Numbered from the stretch's first letter, positions 16,685 to 25,970 are shown. The stretch is 32,000 nucleotides of DNA from Nitrosospira multiformis ATCC 25196 (GCF_000196355.1 NC_007614.1:1440001-1472000); one strand, 5' to 3'. Numbers and translations: made by a program. Notes: generated by a model from the letters alone, not told the origin.

Positions 16685-17620
16685 ATGTTGATTGACGAAA
16701 TTTCAAGAAGGAAAGGGGAGGGGGAAATACCGGCGTCCGTGCTCATGATTGCCGCAACCTTGCTTTTCGCCACCATGAGCATGTGTGTCAAGCTTGCTTC
16801 GGCAGAGTATGGTACGGGTGAAATGGTGTTTTATCGAGGCCTCATTGGAGCAGTGATCGTATCCATGCTGGCGCGAAGACGTGGTATCACACTGCATACC
16901 TCCGTTCCGGCGTTGCACTTCTGGCGAAGTCTGACGGGTGTGTGCGCACTGGGACTCTGGTTTTACGCCATCGAAGCGCTCCCACTTTCTACCGCCGTAA
17001 CACTGAATTACACGGCTCCTATCTGGATGGCTGTCCTGCTCATCGGGGGCTCAGTTTTTCTGAAGCAAGGACGAGCAGATACACGGCTACTCGGTCCAGT
17101 TTTTGCCGGATTCGCTGGGGCCATCTGTATTCTTCGGCCTGCGATCCAGAATGATCAGACATGGGGGGGATTCGTAGGCCTGCTCTCCGGCCTGCTCACG
17201 GCACTGGCATACCTCCAGGTGGCCGCACTCGGCAGGGCAGGTGAGCCGGATACGCGCGTCGTATTTTTTTTCTCCATCACCAGCATGGGAGGGGGAGCCT
17301 TGGTAACGTTCCTTGGGGAGGGATGGCATGCCCACACGCTGCATGGGCTGGGGTTGCTGCTGGCCGTGGGCTTGCTTGCGACATTTGCCCAGTTACTGCT
17401 TACCCGCGCCTATGCGATCGGAAAACTGCTCGTCAATGGCAGCCTTCAATATCTCGGCATTGCCTGGTCCTACCTGTATGGAGTGTTGCTATTCGGCGAC
17501 CGGATTACCGGTGTATCACTGATTGGAATGGGACTGATCGCGCTGTCGGGAATTGCGGCCACAGCATTACGTGAACCTCTTGCTTCTCCTGGCGGAATGG
17601 AAACGCCAGAAAGACTTTGA
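16685..17620 (+). CDS. EamA/DMT-superfamily transporter
   Basis: 311 aa with about 10 TM helices and two EamA-like halves (ATLLFATMSMCVKLAS..., YAIEALPLSTAVTLNYTAPIW...). Confidence 0.85.
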   Translation: MLIDEISRRKGEGEIPASVLMIAATLLFATMSMCVKLASAEYGTGEMVFYRGLIGAVIVSMLARRRGITLHTSVPALHFWRSLTGVCALGLWFYAIEALPLSTAVTLNYTAPIWMAVLLIGGSVFLKQGRADTRLLGPVFAGFAGAICILRPAIQNDQTWGGFVGLLSGLLTALAYLQVAALGRAGEPDTRVVFFFSITSMGGGALVTFLGEGWHAHTLHGLGLLLAVGLLATFAQLLLTRAYAIGKLLVNGSLQYLGIAWSYLYGVLLFGDRITGVSLIGMGLIALSGIAATALREPLASPGGMETPERL

Positions 17621-17700
17621 AACGGGTATTGAAAGGGATTCTGAAAGGGCAGGCAGACTTATGGATGGGAGCACTGCCAAGGATGGAGTGGAAAGAAGGG

Positions 17701-17734
17701 GTTGCCGCGGTAAACGTTCAATAACCGCGGCAAC
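17701..17734. terminator. Perfect 11-bp stem hairpin (GTTGCCGCGGT-N12-ACCGCGGCAAC) between convergent genes; likely bidirectional terminator
   Basis: Read directly. It sits between the stop of the EamA gene (17620) and the stop of the minus-strand gene (17742). Confidence 0.6.
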
Positions 17735-17741
17735 ATCTCGA

Positions 17742-18119
17742 TCAGTTCGGCCCGATCGGCCCACCTTGTTCATACTTCGGATCCTTCAGGGGTCTTCCCT
17801 CTTTGTCCACGGGGAAGTTCGGGACATGGCCTTCCGGACTGGGTGAGCGTGGATCTTTGGCGCGATCCACTCTTTTTTCCTGGTCTACATAGCCTGAATC
17901 CATAGGTTCTTCAAGGGTGTCGTATGGAGCCGGTCCTCCGTCAGGTCCTTTTTGCGAACCTTGCCCGGTATAGCCGCTTTGACCCCCAGAACTTCCCTGG
18001 CCAGAACTCGCTCCGCCGTATTGGGCATACGCCATACCTGCAATGCTGAAAACCGCCGCGCCCGTCAGCGCCAATATCGACGCCAGTCCTCGGTTAATTG
18101 ATGTCGAAGATGATTTCAT
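17742..18119 (-). CDS. Secreted low-complexity (Gly/Ser/Gln/Pro-rich) hypothetical protein
   Basis: 125 aa with signal peptide MKSSSTSINRGLASILALTGAAVFSIAGMAYA, followed by QYGGASSGQGSSGGQSGYTGQGSQKGPDGGP.... An AAGGAA SD is present. I do not recognise a family. Confidence 0.65.
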   Translation of the reverse strand: MKSSSTSINRGLASILALTGAAVFSIAGMAYAQYGGASSGQGSSGGQSGYTGQGSQKGPDGGPAPYDTLEEPMDSGYVDQEKRVDRAKDPRSPSPEGHVPNFPVDKEGRPLKDPKYEQGGPIGPN

Positions 18120-18454
18120 AGTTATTCCTTCTTGTCGATCCAGCGATATTGCTGTGTTTGAAAGATTACGTAGCCCGCACCCGCAGGTCAGTGCGGTACC
18201 ACACGAAGCCGCGTTTGCCGCAGTCCGGTTTCGGATCGTCCCTGGAGGAAGATATATTACTTCGCTATTATTAAGCCTCGCGCAAATACTGCATCGGATC
18301 CGAAAAAGACGAACGCGGTAGCCAGTTCCGATGACTTGTTAATAATGTCGAATCTCTCATGGTCATCCTCTTGTTAAAGTAGCAAAATTGCGGTAATTCA
18401 ATGATAGGGTCTTCTTCGTAATTGTTCAGTACGTTCTCACGCGCATACTGATGG

Positions 18455-19795
18455 GTGCGGCGGGGTCGGCTCCAGGCTTGTCCATGCCACTATGGTTTCA
18501 GCCCATTGACAGCAAATACCCTTCCTCAATATTGCCTCCTGATTGTCCTGATGAGCGCTCCCGCTGTCTGGGCGCAGGCGCTTATTTTCGATACAACGGA
18601 TAGTCCCAAAATCAAAAGTCAGGATGGCAATTTTGAAATGATTTTCGGCGCCCGGGCTCATCTCGATGTACATGCCTTCGACAACGATAAAGCCCATTCC
18701 TCCTATCCACCGTTCGGGAGCCAGATATCCGGCAGCTTTCCCGATAGCGGCTTTAACTTCCGGAGGGGATATACCGACGTAACAGGCAAAATCTATGACC
18801 TGGGTTTCAAATTCCAGAACGACTTTGCCGCTGGCACTTTTCCCGGCAGTCTGCGGGAGGTCTGGGTTTCGGCAAAGCTTGGTCCGGGGCTGTTGACAGT
18901 CGGCCAATTCAAGCCTTATCGGGGCATGGAGGAATTGACAAGCTCAAATGAAGTTACCATGATGGAGCGTCCTTCGACTTCATCCACAGGGATTTACAGC
19001 GGCCGGCAATGGCTGATGGGAGTGGGTTACAAGGGAATCTTCCGCGAGCGGATCGGTTACGCTGCGGATATCATGAGCTTGACGCATGCCGGTATGCCCA
19101 TTTCAGGCTCAAGCTATGGAGGGCGCTTGTTCTGGGTCCCATTTTCGAACGAAGGTAACATTCTTCACTTAGGATTCTCGTATAGTGTGGATACCCCCAG
19201 TAGCGAATCCCTTGCAGCAAAGTTTGTGGATATTTACGGAGGCCGTCGCGGAATTACTAAATCTCTCGGGGTTGCTGGCAAAAGTTCGGATTTATCCGGC
19301 CATAGCAGCCAGTCGACCTTTGCTCTGGAAGCTGCATACGCGCTCGGTCCGGTGACCTTGCAGGGGGAGTACGTAAACTCAACGCTCGACGATACGCATC
19401 TTGTATCAGGCAAGCAAAAAGATTCGACGATACAATCCTATTACGTGCAGGGGAGCTGGTTTGTGACCGGCGAGAGAACCGTTTACCGGAAAGAGCGCGG
19501 GGCTTTGGGCAAACCAAAGTCCATAGGAAAATGGGGCGCTCTCGAACTTGCCATACGCTACGATTTCGCTGAAAACCTGGCGCAGAGTTTGATCGCTGAC
19601 CCCTGCGGCACCGGAACCTCGAAATGCCAGGTAGAGGTCATTACATTGGGCGCCAACTGGTATGTTCGCCAGGGTTTGCGCTTTATGCTCAATTATTATC
19701 TGACGGAAGCCTCGATCGGGAATAGCGGTCCGGGCACGCCCAACCGGAAGGACGGGCCGTCCGTAATTTCATTTCGTACTCAGTTGAGTTTTTGA
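18455..19795 (+). CDS. Phosphate-selective porin O/P (OprO/OprP) family outer-membrane porin
   Basis: 446 aa by the track, with a GTG start. The true start is uncertain; a TTG near 18509 would give a shorter signal peptide ending AVWAQA. Porin O_P-like features include ELAIRYDF, ITLGANWYV, RFMLNYY and a terminal ...SFRTQLSF. Confidence 0.85.
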   Translation: MRRGRLQACPCHYGFSPLTANTLPQYCLLIVLMSAPAVWAQALIFDTTDSPKIKSQDGNFEMIFGARAHLDVHAFDNDKAHSSYPPFGSQISGSFPDSGFNFRRGYTDVTGKIYDLGFKFQNDFAAGTFPGSLREVWVSAKLGPGLLTVGQFKPYRGMEELTSSNEVTMMERPSTSSTGIYSGRQWLMGVGYKGIFRERIGYAADIMSLTHAGMPISGSSYGGRLFWVPFSNEGNILHLGFSYSVDTPSSESLAAKFVDIYGGRRGITKSLGVAGKSSDLSGHSSQSTFALEAAYALGPVTLQGEYVNSTLDDTHLVSGKQKDSTIQSYYVQGSWFVTGERTVYRKERGALGKPKSIGKWGALELAIRYDFAENLAQSLIADPCGTGTSKCQVEVITLGANWYVRQGLRFMLNYYLTEASIGNSGPGTPNRKDGPSVISFRTQLSF

Positions 19796-19930
19796 CCAGC
19801 AGAAGTTTTAAGTCAGGACGTGCGGCTTCGAACGTGCATACTGCCGGAATCTTGCATACCTTCACGAAGCCTGTTCGGGGACGAGTCCTCTACATTCCCT
19901 GCCAGCCTCGCTGGAGCGCCATAAGAGGGG

Positions 19931-20497
19931 CTACATGCGCTCGATATATTCACCGCTATCGGTATTGACCTTGATTCTTTCCCCCTGCAGGACGAATGGC
20001 GGGACCATGACTACCAGGCCCGTTTCCGTCGTGGCCGGTTTGTAGGAACTGGTGGCGGTGGCGCCTTTCAGATTGGGCTCGGTGTCGGTGATGGTGAGCA
20101 CCACGCTGGCAGGAAGTTGCACGCCGATTGCCCGATCGTTATGGAAGTTGACTTGCACGTCTGTATTCGGCAGCAGGTATTCATACTGCCCTTCAAGGAA
20201 ATCACGCGACAAGCTCAGTTGCTCATAGTTTTCCTTGTCCATGAAGATATAATTGTCGCCTTCCTGGTAGAGAAAAGTCATTTCCCGCGGCTCCACGAAA
20301 GCACGCTCCACCTTGTCCTCGGTCCGGATACGCTGGTTGGTCTTTGTGCCTGCTTCGATATCTTTCATTTCCACCTGCATGAAGGCTCCCCCCCGGCCGC
20401 CAACATGGACGTGGTAACATTTCAGTACGCGCCAGATTCGCTTGTCCCATTCAATCAGATTGCCGACGCGAATTTCGGTAGCAAGAACTTTAGCCAT
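19931..20497 (-). CDS. efp: Translation elongation factor P
   Basis: MAKVLATEIRVGNLIEWDKRIWRVLKCYHVHVGGRGGAFMQVEMKD...FMDKENYEQ...TDTEPNLKGATATSSYKPATTETGLVVMVPPFVLQGERIKVNTDSGEYIERM. The start is the ATG at 20497; the track ORF starts further upstream. Confidence 0.93.
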   Translation of the reverse strand: MAKVLATEIRVGNLIEWDKRIWRVLKCYHVHVGGRGGAFMQVEMKDIEAGTKTNQRIRTEDKVERAFVEPREMTFLYQEGDNYIFMDKENYEQLSLSRDFLEGQYEYLLPNTDVQVNFHNDRAIGVQLPASVVLTITDTEPNLKGATATSSYKPATTETGLVVMVPPFVLQGERIKVNTDSGEYIERM

Positions 20498-20514
20498 ATT
20501 TCTGGTGATTTCCT

Positions 20515-21231
20515 TTGAAACAAGAAGCGCGCATCTTACTACAAAAAACCCCCGATAATTCTTCCCCGGTTGAGTTTTCAGCAAGCTGCCGGCGCTGTCC
20601 CCGATTGGCCGGGTTTCTGGATGAGGTGAAAGCCCGCCACATCGATTATTATGCCCGGCCAGTGCCTGCTTTTGGCGATCCCAAGCCCCGGCTCCTGATC
20701 ATCGGCCTGGCACCGGGAATGCATGGCGCGAACCGGACAGGCAGGCCTTTTACAGGGGATTTTGCCGGCATTCTCTTGTATGGAACGCTCTTCAAGTTCG
20801 GTTTTGCCAGCCATGAAGGCTCTGCTTCCATCAATGACAATTTGGAGCTGATGCAATGCCGTATCACCAATGCGGTCAAATGCCTTCCGCCGGAGAACAA
20901 ACCGGAGGCAAGCGAGATCAGGCAGTGCAATAGCTATCTCGCACATGAGATTTCGGCCTTTGCAGAAGGGGGCGGTAGCGCGCTACTGGCTCTTGGCGCT
21001 GTTGCTCATCAGGCTGTGTTGATGGCACTGGGCCTCAAGCCGAAGTCCCATGCCTTCCGTCATGGTGCCGTTCATGCGCTTGCCGGAAACTTCGGGTCTG
21101 ATGACTTGAAACGCAACGGGTTGACGCTATATGACAGCTATCATTGCAGTCGTTACAATACTCAGACCCATCGCCTGACTACAGAAATGTTCGAAGAGGT
21201 GTTTGCAAAAATCCGCTCTGACCTGCTCTGA
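20515..21231 (+). CDS. Uracil-DNA glycosylase superfamily protein (family 4/5-like, Fe-S type)
   Basis: The motifs CRRCPRL, LLIIGLAPGMHGANRTGRPFTGDFAG, NAVKCLPP and HCSRYN resemble UDG family 5 (UdgB-like). The only upstream in-frame start is the TTG at 20515. Confidence 0.8.
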   Translation: MKQEARILLQKTPDNSSPVEFSASCRRCPRLAGFLDEVKARHIDYYARPVPAFGDPKPRLLIIGLAPGMHGANRTGRPFTGDFAGILLYGTLFKFGFASHEGSASINDNLELMQCRITNAVKCLPPENKPEASEIRQCNSYLAHEISAFAEGGGSALLALGAVAHQAVLMALGLKPKSHAFRHGAVHALAGNFGSDDLKRNGLTLYDSYHCSRYNTQTHRLTTEMFEEVFAKIRSDLL

Positions 21232-21271
21232 CCTGGTTTCATGGCGGACAGCGGAAAACTGGAGATTAACC

Positions 21272-21460
21272 ATGCCCTATGTCAATATCCGTATTGCCGG
21301 CTCGCTCAGTCGCGAGCAAAAGAAACAGATTGCTCAGGAAATAACCGATACGCTGGAGCGTATCGCTCATAAGCCCAAATCCTATACGTATATCGCTTTC
21401 GATGAAATGCCTCATGAAAACTGGGCCATCGCGGGCACCCTGCTGGGTGAGGAGGACTGA
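21272..21460 (+). CDS. 4-oxalocrotonate tautomerase family protein
   Basis: 62 aa beginning [10 protein letters not shown] (catalytic Pro1 after Met removal), followed by [29 protein letters not shown] is present. The track ORF starts earlier, at 21203. Confidence 0.85.
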   Translation: MPYVNIRIAGSLSREQKKQIAQEITDTLERIAHKPKSYTYIAFDEMPHENWAIAGTLLGEED

Positions 21461-21465
21461 GCGCC

Positions 21466-23286
21466 TTGCAGGCAGAACCGGCTTTCGATGCCAAGGCGTT
21501 TTGTGCGGGCCTTCCATCCCAGCCTGGAGTCTATCGCATGATGAACTCAGCCGGGCAGGTGATTTATGTCGGCAAGGCGATTGATCTCAAGAAGCGTGTT
21601 TCTTCCTATTTTCAGAAGAATGGCCTGGCTCCCCGTACGCAACTCATGGTTTCCCAGATCGCGGGAATCGAGACCACCGTTACGCGATCCGAAGCAGAGG
21701 CCCTGTTACTCGAAAACAACTTAATAAAGAGCTTAAATCCTCGCTATAACATACTATTCAGGGATGACAAATCATATCCCTACGTGATCTTGAGCGGCCA
21801 CAGGTTTCCCCGGCTTGGATTTCATCGCGGTCCGCTCGACAAGAAACATCATTATTTTGGTCCCTTCCCGAATGCGGGAATGGTGCGAGAGAGTATCCAG
21901 TTGCTGCAAAAGGTATTCCGGATTCGCACTTGCGAAGACAGTGTTTTCAGTAATCGTACACGCCCCTGCCTGCTCTACCAGATCAAACGCTGTAGCGGAC
22001 CCTGCGTCGATCTGGTCAGCGAAGAAGTTTACGCGGAAGACGCAAGGGATGCGGAGCTATTTCTCCAGGGCAAGCAAACGGAGGTTCTGAAAAGCATTAC
22101 GAGAAAAATGCATGAGGCCGCCGAGGAACAGGAATACGAGCAAGCGGCGCTGTTTCGCGACCAGATTCAGTCTCTGCGAAAGATTTGCGAAAGGCAATTC
22201 GTGGATAGCGGGCGAGCGCTGGATGCCGATATCGTCGCCTGCGTGGCAGAGAATAACGGCGGCGGACGGGTGTGCGTCAACCTTGCCATGGTCAGGGGAG
22301 GACGCCACCTCGGGGACAAGAGTTTTTTTCCGCAAAACGCGGAAGGATACGATCTCGCTACGGTGGCGGAAGCATTCCTGGCCCAGCACTACCTCAATCG
22401 CAGCATCCCAGATCTGATCATCGTGGGCGAGAGAGTTCCGCGGGAATCTCTCCAGGCTCTGCTCACTCAGCAGGCTGGCCATAAAGTGATCATCAATGTG
22501 AATCCGATAGGTAGCCGGCGTGTTTGGCTGGAAATGGCGACAGAAAATGCCGCCCTTGCCCTGGAACAAATGCTGGGCCGCCAGGCGAGCCAGGAGGAGC
22601 GGCTGCTAGCCTTGCAGCAGGCGCTGGATATGACCGGGTTGAGCCGGATCGAATGTTTCGATATCAGTCATACAATGGGCGAAGCCACCATCGCTTCCTG
22701 CGTGGTTTATGACAACTTCGGCATGCGCAATAGCGAGTACCGCCGCTACAATATTACTGATATCACGCCGGGAGACGATTATGCGGCCATGCGCGATGTT
22801 CTGTCACGGCGCTACCATAAGATTGCGGAAGGCGAGGGAAATCTGCCTGATCTGATCCTGATCGACGGGGGAAGAGGGCAGATCAACGCTGCTCTCGAGG
22901 TCATGGTAGAGCTGGGGTTGAATGATGCCAACCTGGTAGGCGTGGCAAAAGGCGAGGAGCGCAAGCCGGGACTGGAGCAATTGATTTTCCCAGGGGTGAA
23001 AAAACCACTACAATTATCAAAGGATCATCCCGGATTGCATCTCATCCAGCAGATTCGGGATGAAGCGCATCGCTTTGCAATTTACGGTCATCGCGCAAAA
23101 CTCGGCAAGGCCCGCGTCAGTTCAAGCCTGGAGCAGATCGCCGGTATCGGCGCCAAGCGCCGGCAAAGTTTGCTGGCAAGGTTTGGCGGCCTGAAAGGCG
23201 TGCGCACTGCGAGCATCGAAGAATTGCAGCAAGCTGACGGCATCAGCCGCGCGCTCGCAGAGAAAATTTACAGGGAACTGCATTGA
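21466..23286 (+). CDS. uvrC: Excinuclease ABC subunit C
   Basis: 606 aa with a GIY-YIG N-terminus ([30 protein letters not shown]), a UVR domain, an endonuclease domain and a C-terminal HhH2. The start is TTG. Confidence 0.95.
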   Translation: MQAEPAFDAKAFCAGLPSQPGVYRMMNSAGQVIYVGKAIDLKKRVSSYFQKNGLAPRTQLMVSQIAGIETTVTRSEAEALLLENNLIKSLNPRYNILFRDDKSYPYVILSGHRFPRLGFHRGPLDKKHHYFGPFPNAGMVRESIQLLQKVFRIRTCEDSVFSNRTRPCLLYQIKRCSGPCVDLVSEEVYAEDARDAELFLQGKQTEVLKSITRKMHEAAEEQEYEQAALFRDQIQSLRKICERQFVDSGRALDADIVACVAENNGGGRVCVNLAMVRGGRHLGDKSFFPQNAEGYDLATVAEAFLAQHYLNRSIPDLIIVGERVPRESLQALLTQQAGHKVIINVNPIGSRRVWLEMATENAALALEQMLGRQASQEERLLALQQALDMTGLSRIECFDISHTMGEATIASCVVYDNFGMRNSEYRRYNITDITPGDDYAAMRDVLSRRYHKIAEGEGNLPDLILIDGGRGQINAALEVMVELGLNDANLVGVAKGEERKPGLEQLIFPGVKKPLQLSKDHPGLHLIQQIRDEAHRFAIYGHRAKLGKARVSSSLEQIAGIGAKRRQSLLARFGGLKGVRTASIEELQQADGISRALAEKIYRELH

Positions 23287-23367
23287 ATCTTGCCCAGCCT
23301 GCAGGCTCAGTGGCTTGCAGCGGGACGCTTTCCAGATTCGTTTTTTAATAGCATATTCCCGATCCTT

Positions 23368-23940
23368 ATGCCTTTTAATCTGCCCAACGTACTCACCTGG
23401 CTGCGCATCGTGGCGATTCCGCTGTTCGTGGGTATATTCTATTTTCCCTCGACCTGGTTATCGCATGCGGACCAGAACCTGATCGCAACCATTATCTTTA
23501 CTGGCGCCGCCATTACCGATTGGCTGGATGGTTATCTTGCGCGCGTGCTGCGGCAGACCTCGGCGTTCGGTGCGTTCCTCGACCCCGTTGCCGACAAGCT
23601 CATGGTCGCTGCCGCGCTCATCGTGCTGGTTTACCTGAGCAGGCTGGATGCGCTCATCGCTTTCATCATCATAGGGCGGGAAATCACTATTTCGGCCTTG
23701 CGCGAATGGATGGCCCAGATCGGCAAAGGCAAGAGCGTGGCCGTTTCCTTTCTGGGAAAATTGAAAACCGTATCGCAAATGGCGGCCATTCCGCTGCTGC
23801 TATATGACGAAAAAATAGATGAAAACTTCGATTCTCATGAAATAGGCACTTGGCTGATCTATCTTGCGGCAATACTGACATTGTGGTCGATGGCCTATTA
23901 CCTCAAGATCGCGATTCCCCAGGTGGTAAAGCATGGATGA
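23368..23940 (+). CDS. pgsA: CDP-diacylglycerol--glycerol-3-phosphate 3-phosphatidyltransferase
   Basis: MPFNLPNVLTWLRIVAIPLFV... carries the CDP-alcohol phosphatidyltransferase motif DWLDGYLARVLRQTSAFGAFLDPVADK. It lies downstream of uvrC, as in many Proteobacteria. Confidence 0.93.
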   Translation: MPFNLPNVLTWLRIVAIPLFVGIFYFPSTWLSHADQNLIATIIFTGAAITDWLDGYLARVLRQTSAFGAFLDPVADKLMVAAALIVLVYLSRLDALIAFIIIGREITISALREWMAQIGKGKSVAVSFLGKLKTVSQMAAIPLLLYDEKIDENFDSHEIGTWLIYLAAILTLWSMAYYLKIAIPQVVKHG

Positions 23941-23968
23941 GCAAGCCGGGCCAAAGGAAGGAGAAAAA

Positions 23969-24244
23969 ATGCAATCACTATACAATCCGGACATCTACCC
24001 CGATGGGATTCGGGAAATGATATGCGAGTCGGGAGAAACGGGAATCGGGATTGCCAACCGGTGGATGACAGGGTGGCCGAAGAGAGTGGTGAAACTGCTG
24101 GTCGAGGATATGTACGAGGGCGCGTTTCAGTATCAGCTGCTGCAGGAACAGGATGTGATTGCAAGAGCGTCAAACCTGAGTCATCTCGCGCCAATGGAAA
24201 TCATCGTGATGTCGGGCCTGAATCCGGAGCCGCCAGAGGTGTAG
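23969..24244 (+). CDS. Hypothetical protein (91 aa)
   Basis: The ATG at 23969 is preceded by AAGGAAGGAG. The product is MQSLYNPDIYPDGIREMICESGETGIGIANRWMTGWPKRVVKLLVEDMYEGAFQYQLL.... I do not recognise a family. Confidence 0.5.
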   Translation: MQSLYNPDIYPDGIREMICESGETGIGIANRWMTGWPKRVVKLLVEDMYEGAFQYQLLQEQDVIARASNLSHLAPMEIIVMSGLNPEPPEV

Positions 24245-24489
24245 ACACCCCGGAGGTGCAGATAAATAGGAGGAGGCAGGGTGCATGATGTTTGTTCCAC
24301 AGGTGCAGGAAGTTTGACTGGCAAAAACAAGAGCCGGCCCGGCGACAGAAGTATTTGTTTCTCGATCTATCCGGCACTGAATCCAGATTACCTTCTCAAA
24401 GCCCTCATTTCCCTGCGCAACATCCCCCGCATGCAATATTTTCGCATGTCTTTTTTATCTTCAGGCAGATACCTTTGAGAGTTACTTTC

Positions 24490-24517
24490 TTGACAAAGAT
24501 AGCGCCGCCCTTATAAT
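24490..24517 (+). promoter_or_regulatory. Consensus sigma-70 promoter for the tRNA-Gly/tRNA-Cys transcription unit
   Basis: TTGACA (24490-24495), a 16-nt spacer, then TATAAT (24512-24517). It sits about 15 nt upstream of the tRNA-Gly 5' end, with an A/T-rich stretch upstream. Confidence 0.7.
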
Positions 24518-24532
24518 GGCAGGCTGTTTTTC

Positions 24533-24607
24533 GCGGGAATAGCTCAGTGGTAGAGCACAACCTTGCCAAGGTTGGGGTCGCGAGTTCGAGCCTCGTTTCC
24601 CGCTCCA
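24533..24607 (+). tRNA. tRNA-Gly (anticodon GCC)
   Basis: GCGGGAATAGCTCAGTGGTAGAGCACAACCTTGCCAAGGTTGGGGTCGCGAGTTCGAGCCTCGTTTCCCGCTCCA. It folds as a cloverleaf with acceptor GCGGGAA/TTCCCGC, a TTCGAGC T-loop and an encoded CCA. Confidence 0.95.
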
Positions 24608-24754
24608 GTTACTGGGAAAATGGATCATTGCCGTGGTCTCTGTCCGATTTGATTTGAGGGACTCTGGCTAAAAATATCCGTTTTCCCTTTTTGCTTTTTG
24701 TTCTCGCACCGCAATGGTGCCAAAGTAGCAATACGATCGCCGTAGGTCCAGTAA

Positions 24755-24828
24755 GGCGGGGTGGCAGAGTGGTTATGCAGCGGCCTGCAAAGCCGTGGAC
24801 GCCGGTTCGATTCCGACCCCCGCCTCCA
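24755..24828 (+). tRNA. tRNA-Cys (anticodon GCA)
   Basis: GGCGGGGTGGCAGAGTGGTTATGCAGCGGCCTGCAAAGCCGTGGACGCCGGTTCGATTCCGACCCCCGCCTCCA. The acceptor is GGCGGGG/CCCCGCC, the anticodon loop is CTGCAAA, and CCA is encoded. Confidence 0.95.
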
Positions 24829-24888
24829 TCAAGTCAATAGGCTATAACGCATTTGGCGGTAAATTTTTTCGCCATAATTGCTATTTTG

Positions 24889-25128
24889 CTATTTTTCCCG
24901 TTTGGCATAACCTGAATTCAATACCTGAGAATACTTTTTCTCCGACTCTTTTTCCATGCCGGAAGCGTTCTTTGCGAGCAAGTCTCTGAACTGGAACCGT
25001 TCATATTTAATTCCAATTTCCTCGGCTCTCTTCTCTGCTTTGTCCCTTGCAATCCTGAAAATTGACTGCGGAAATAGCCAAAGTCTGGCAGATAGGTCGG
25101 ATTGGTTTGATATTGCATTATCGTACAC
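24889..25128 (-). pseudogene. Tyrosine integrase C-terminal fragment (decayed)
   Basis: The 79-aa ORF ...SIFRIARDKAEKRAEEIGIKYERFQFRDLLAKNASGMEKESEKKYSQVLNSGYAKREK resembles, from memory, the box II region of phage-type integrases (..F.FHDL[KR]AK[GA].S... GH ... Y.RK). The catalytic His is replaced (FRDL), and the N-terminal ~300 aa are missing. It lies 61 nt from tRNA-Cys. Confidence 0.4.
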
Positions 25129-25163
25129 CAGGGTCTCAGTATGGGGATTCCGGCAGACATAAA

Positions 25164-25183
25164 AAGGCCCGGCGAAGGCCGGG
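25164..25183 (-). terminator. Rho-independent terminator-like hairpin (GGCCCGGC-GAAG-GCCGGGCC) followed by TTTTTAT on the minus strand
   Basis: A perfect 8-bp GC stem with a tetraloop, read directly. The T-run is on the minus strand. No intact upstream minus-strand gene is obvious, so it may be an orphan left by gene decay. Confidence 0.5.
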
Positions 25184-25455
25184 CCAGGAGTGAGTTTGCC
25201 ACAACCGCTTTCCTGTTTTGGGAGGGAAAAGCGAATGGGTAGATTAACAATATGAGGAGAGTTTTACCGTTAAATACTTAACGTATGAAAATAAAAAGCT
25301 CTTCGAAGAGAGTAATAAGAGTCTTTACAGTTTTCTTCAGAACTAACCGATCCTTTCAGAGAGAAAAGCGCAATTTTCCCTTTCTACTCTTTATTTAGAA
25401 CCAGCAAACCTGGCAGAAAATTTAAGGTTTCTGAATAATAGCTGGAGCATGTTAT

Positions 25456-25848
25456 ATGAAATCCTTGAAGATTCATTTAGACGGCGATAGCTTTCGGCCA
25501 TTTCTGATACTGCTCGACAAACATCGCCTTCCCTACATTGTGATTGATCATCGGCCAGATGCGCTTATATCTTCTCTGTGGCTGGACATTCCAAAGTCAG
25601 CGGAGATACTCGACCGTCTTTCAGGGGTGATAACAGAGTTTATATCTCGAAAAAATAAAAAAACTGTTATTTTCATGAATGACAGACGAAGAGTTGGTGC
25701 TTCGGGTCTGTCAGAACAAGAAATAGCTCTCCTTCTCGCGCATGCCGAGCGGATTAAGATAACGGAGCCGGAGATCGTGAAGCGCTTTATTACCGCTTCG
25801 GAAGATGCTACCTTAAAGCGACGAAAGCAACGTTTCTATAGTGAGTAG
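25456..25848 (+). CDS. Hypothetical protein (130 aa), islet-borne
   Basis: The ORF has an upstream GGAG (GCTGGAGCATGTTATATG) and AT-rich codon usage matching the islet. I do not recognise a family. Confidence 0.5.
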   Translation: MKSLKIHLDGDSFRPFLILLDKHRLPYIVIDHRPDALISSLWLDIPKSAEILDRLSGVITEFISRKNKKTVIFMNDRRRVGASGLSEQEIALLLAHAERIKITEPEIVKRFITASEDATLKRRKQRFYSE

Positions 25849-25970
25849 GGGGAGATCTGCATCAAACCCCACTCCTCCTCAGGCTTCCGTATAAAGAAGA
25901 ATAGCCGACTGTTCTCTTTAGGAATGCTCTCTGCAAGAGGCGATAAAGGCCGCCCACCTCGCAGATGCTC

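Noticed and set aside
18330-18380. Pho box upstream of the OprO/P-like porin (CTTGTTAATAATGTCGAAT)
   Set aside because: The TGT-containing half-sites are spaced 10 bp apart rather than the 11 bp expected, and each matches the CTGTCAT consensus poorly.
24281-24478. 65-aa ORF (GTG start, AGGAGG SD), and a 10-codon mini-ORF (ATG 24284), upstream of the tRNA promoter
   Set aside because: The SD is good, but the product is unrecognisable and the ORF runs into the UP/-35 region of the tRNA promoter. Evidence is insufficient to call it a gene; it is mentioned under the pgsA-tRNA junction finding.
25140-25160. Possible att repeat: GATTCCG shared between 25146-25152 and the tRNA-Cys T-arm (GATTCCGAC)
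   Set aside because: Only 7-8 nt match, which is within chance expectation. I found no longer copy of the tRNA-Cys 3' end anywhere in 24829-32000.
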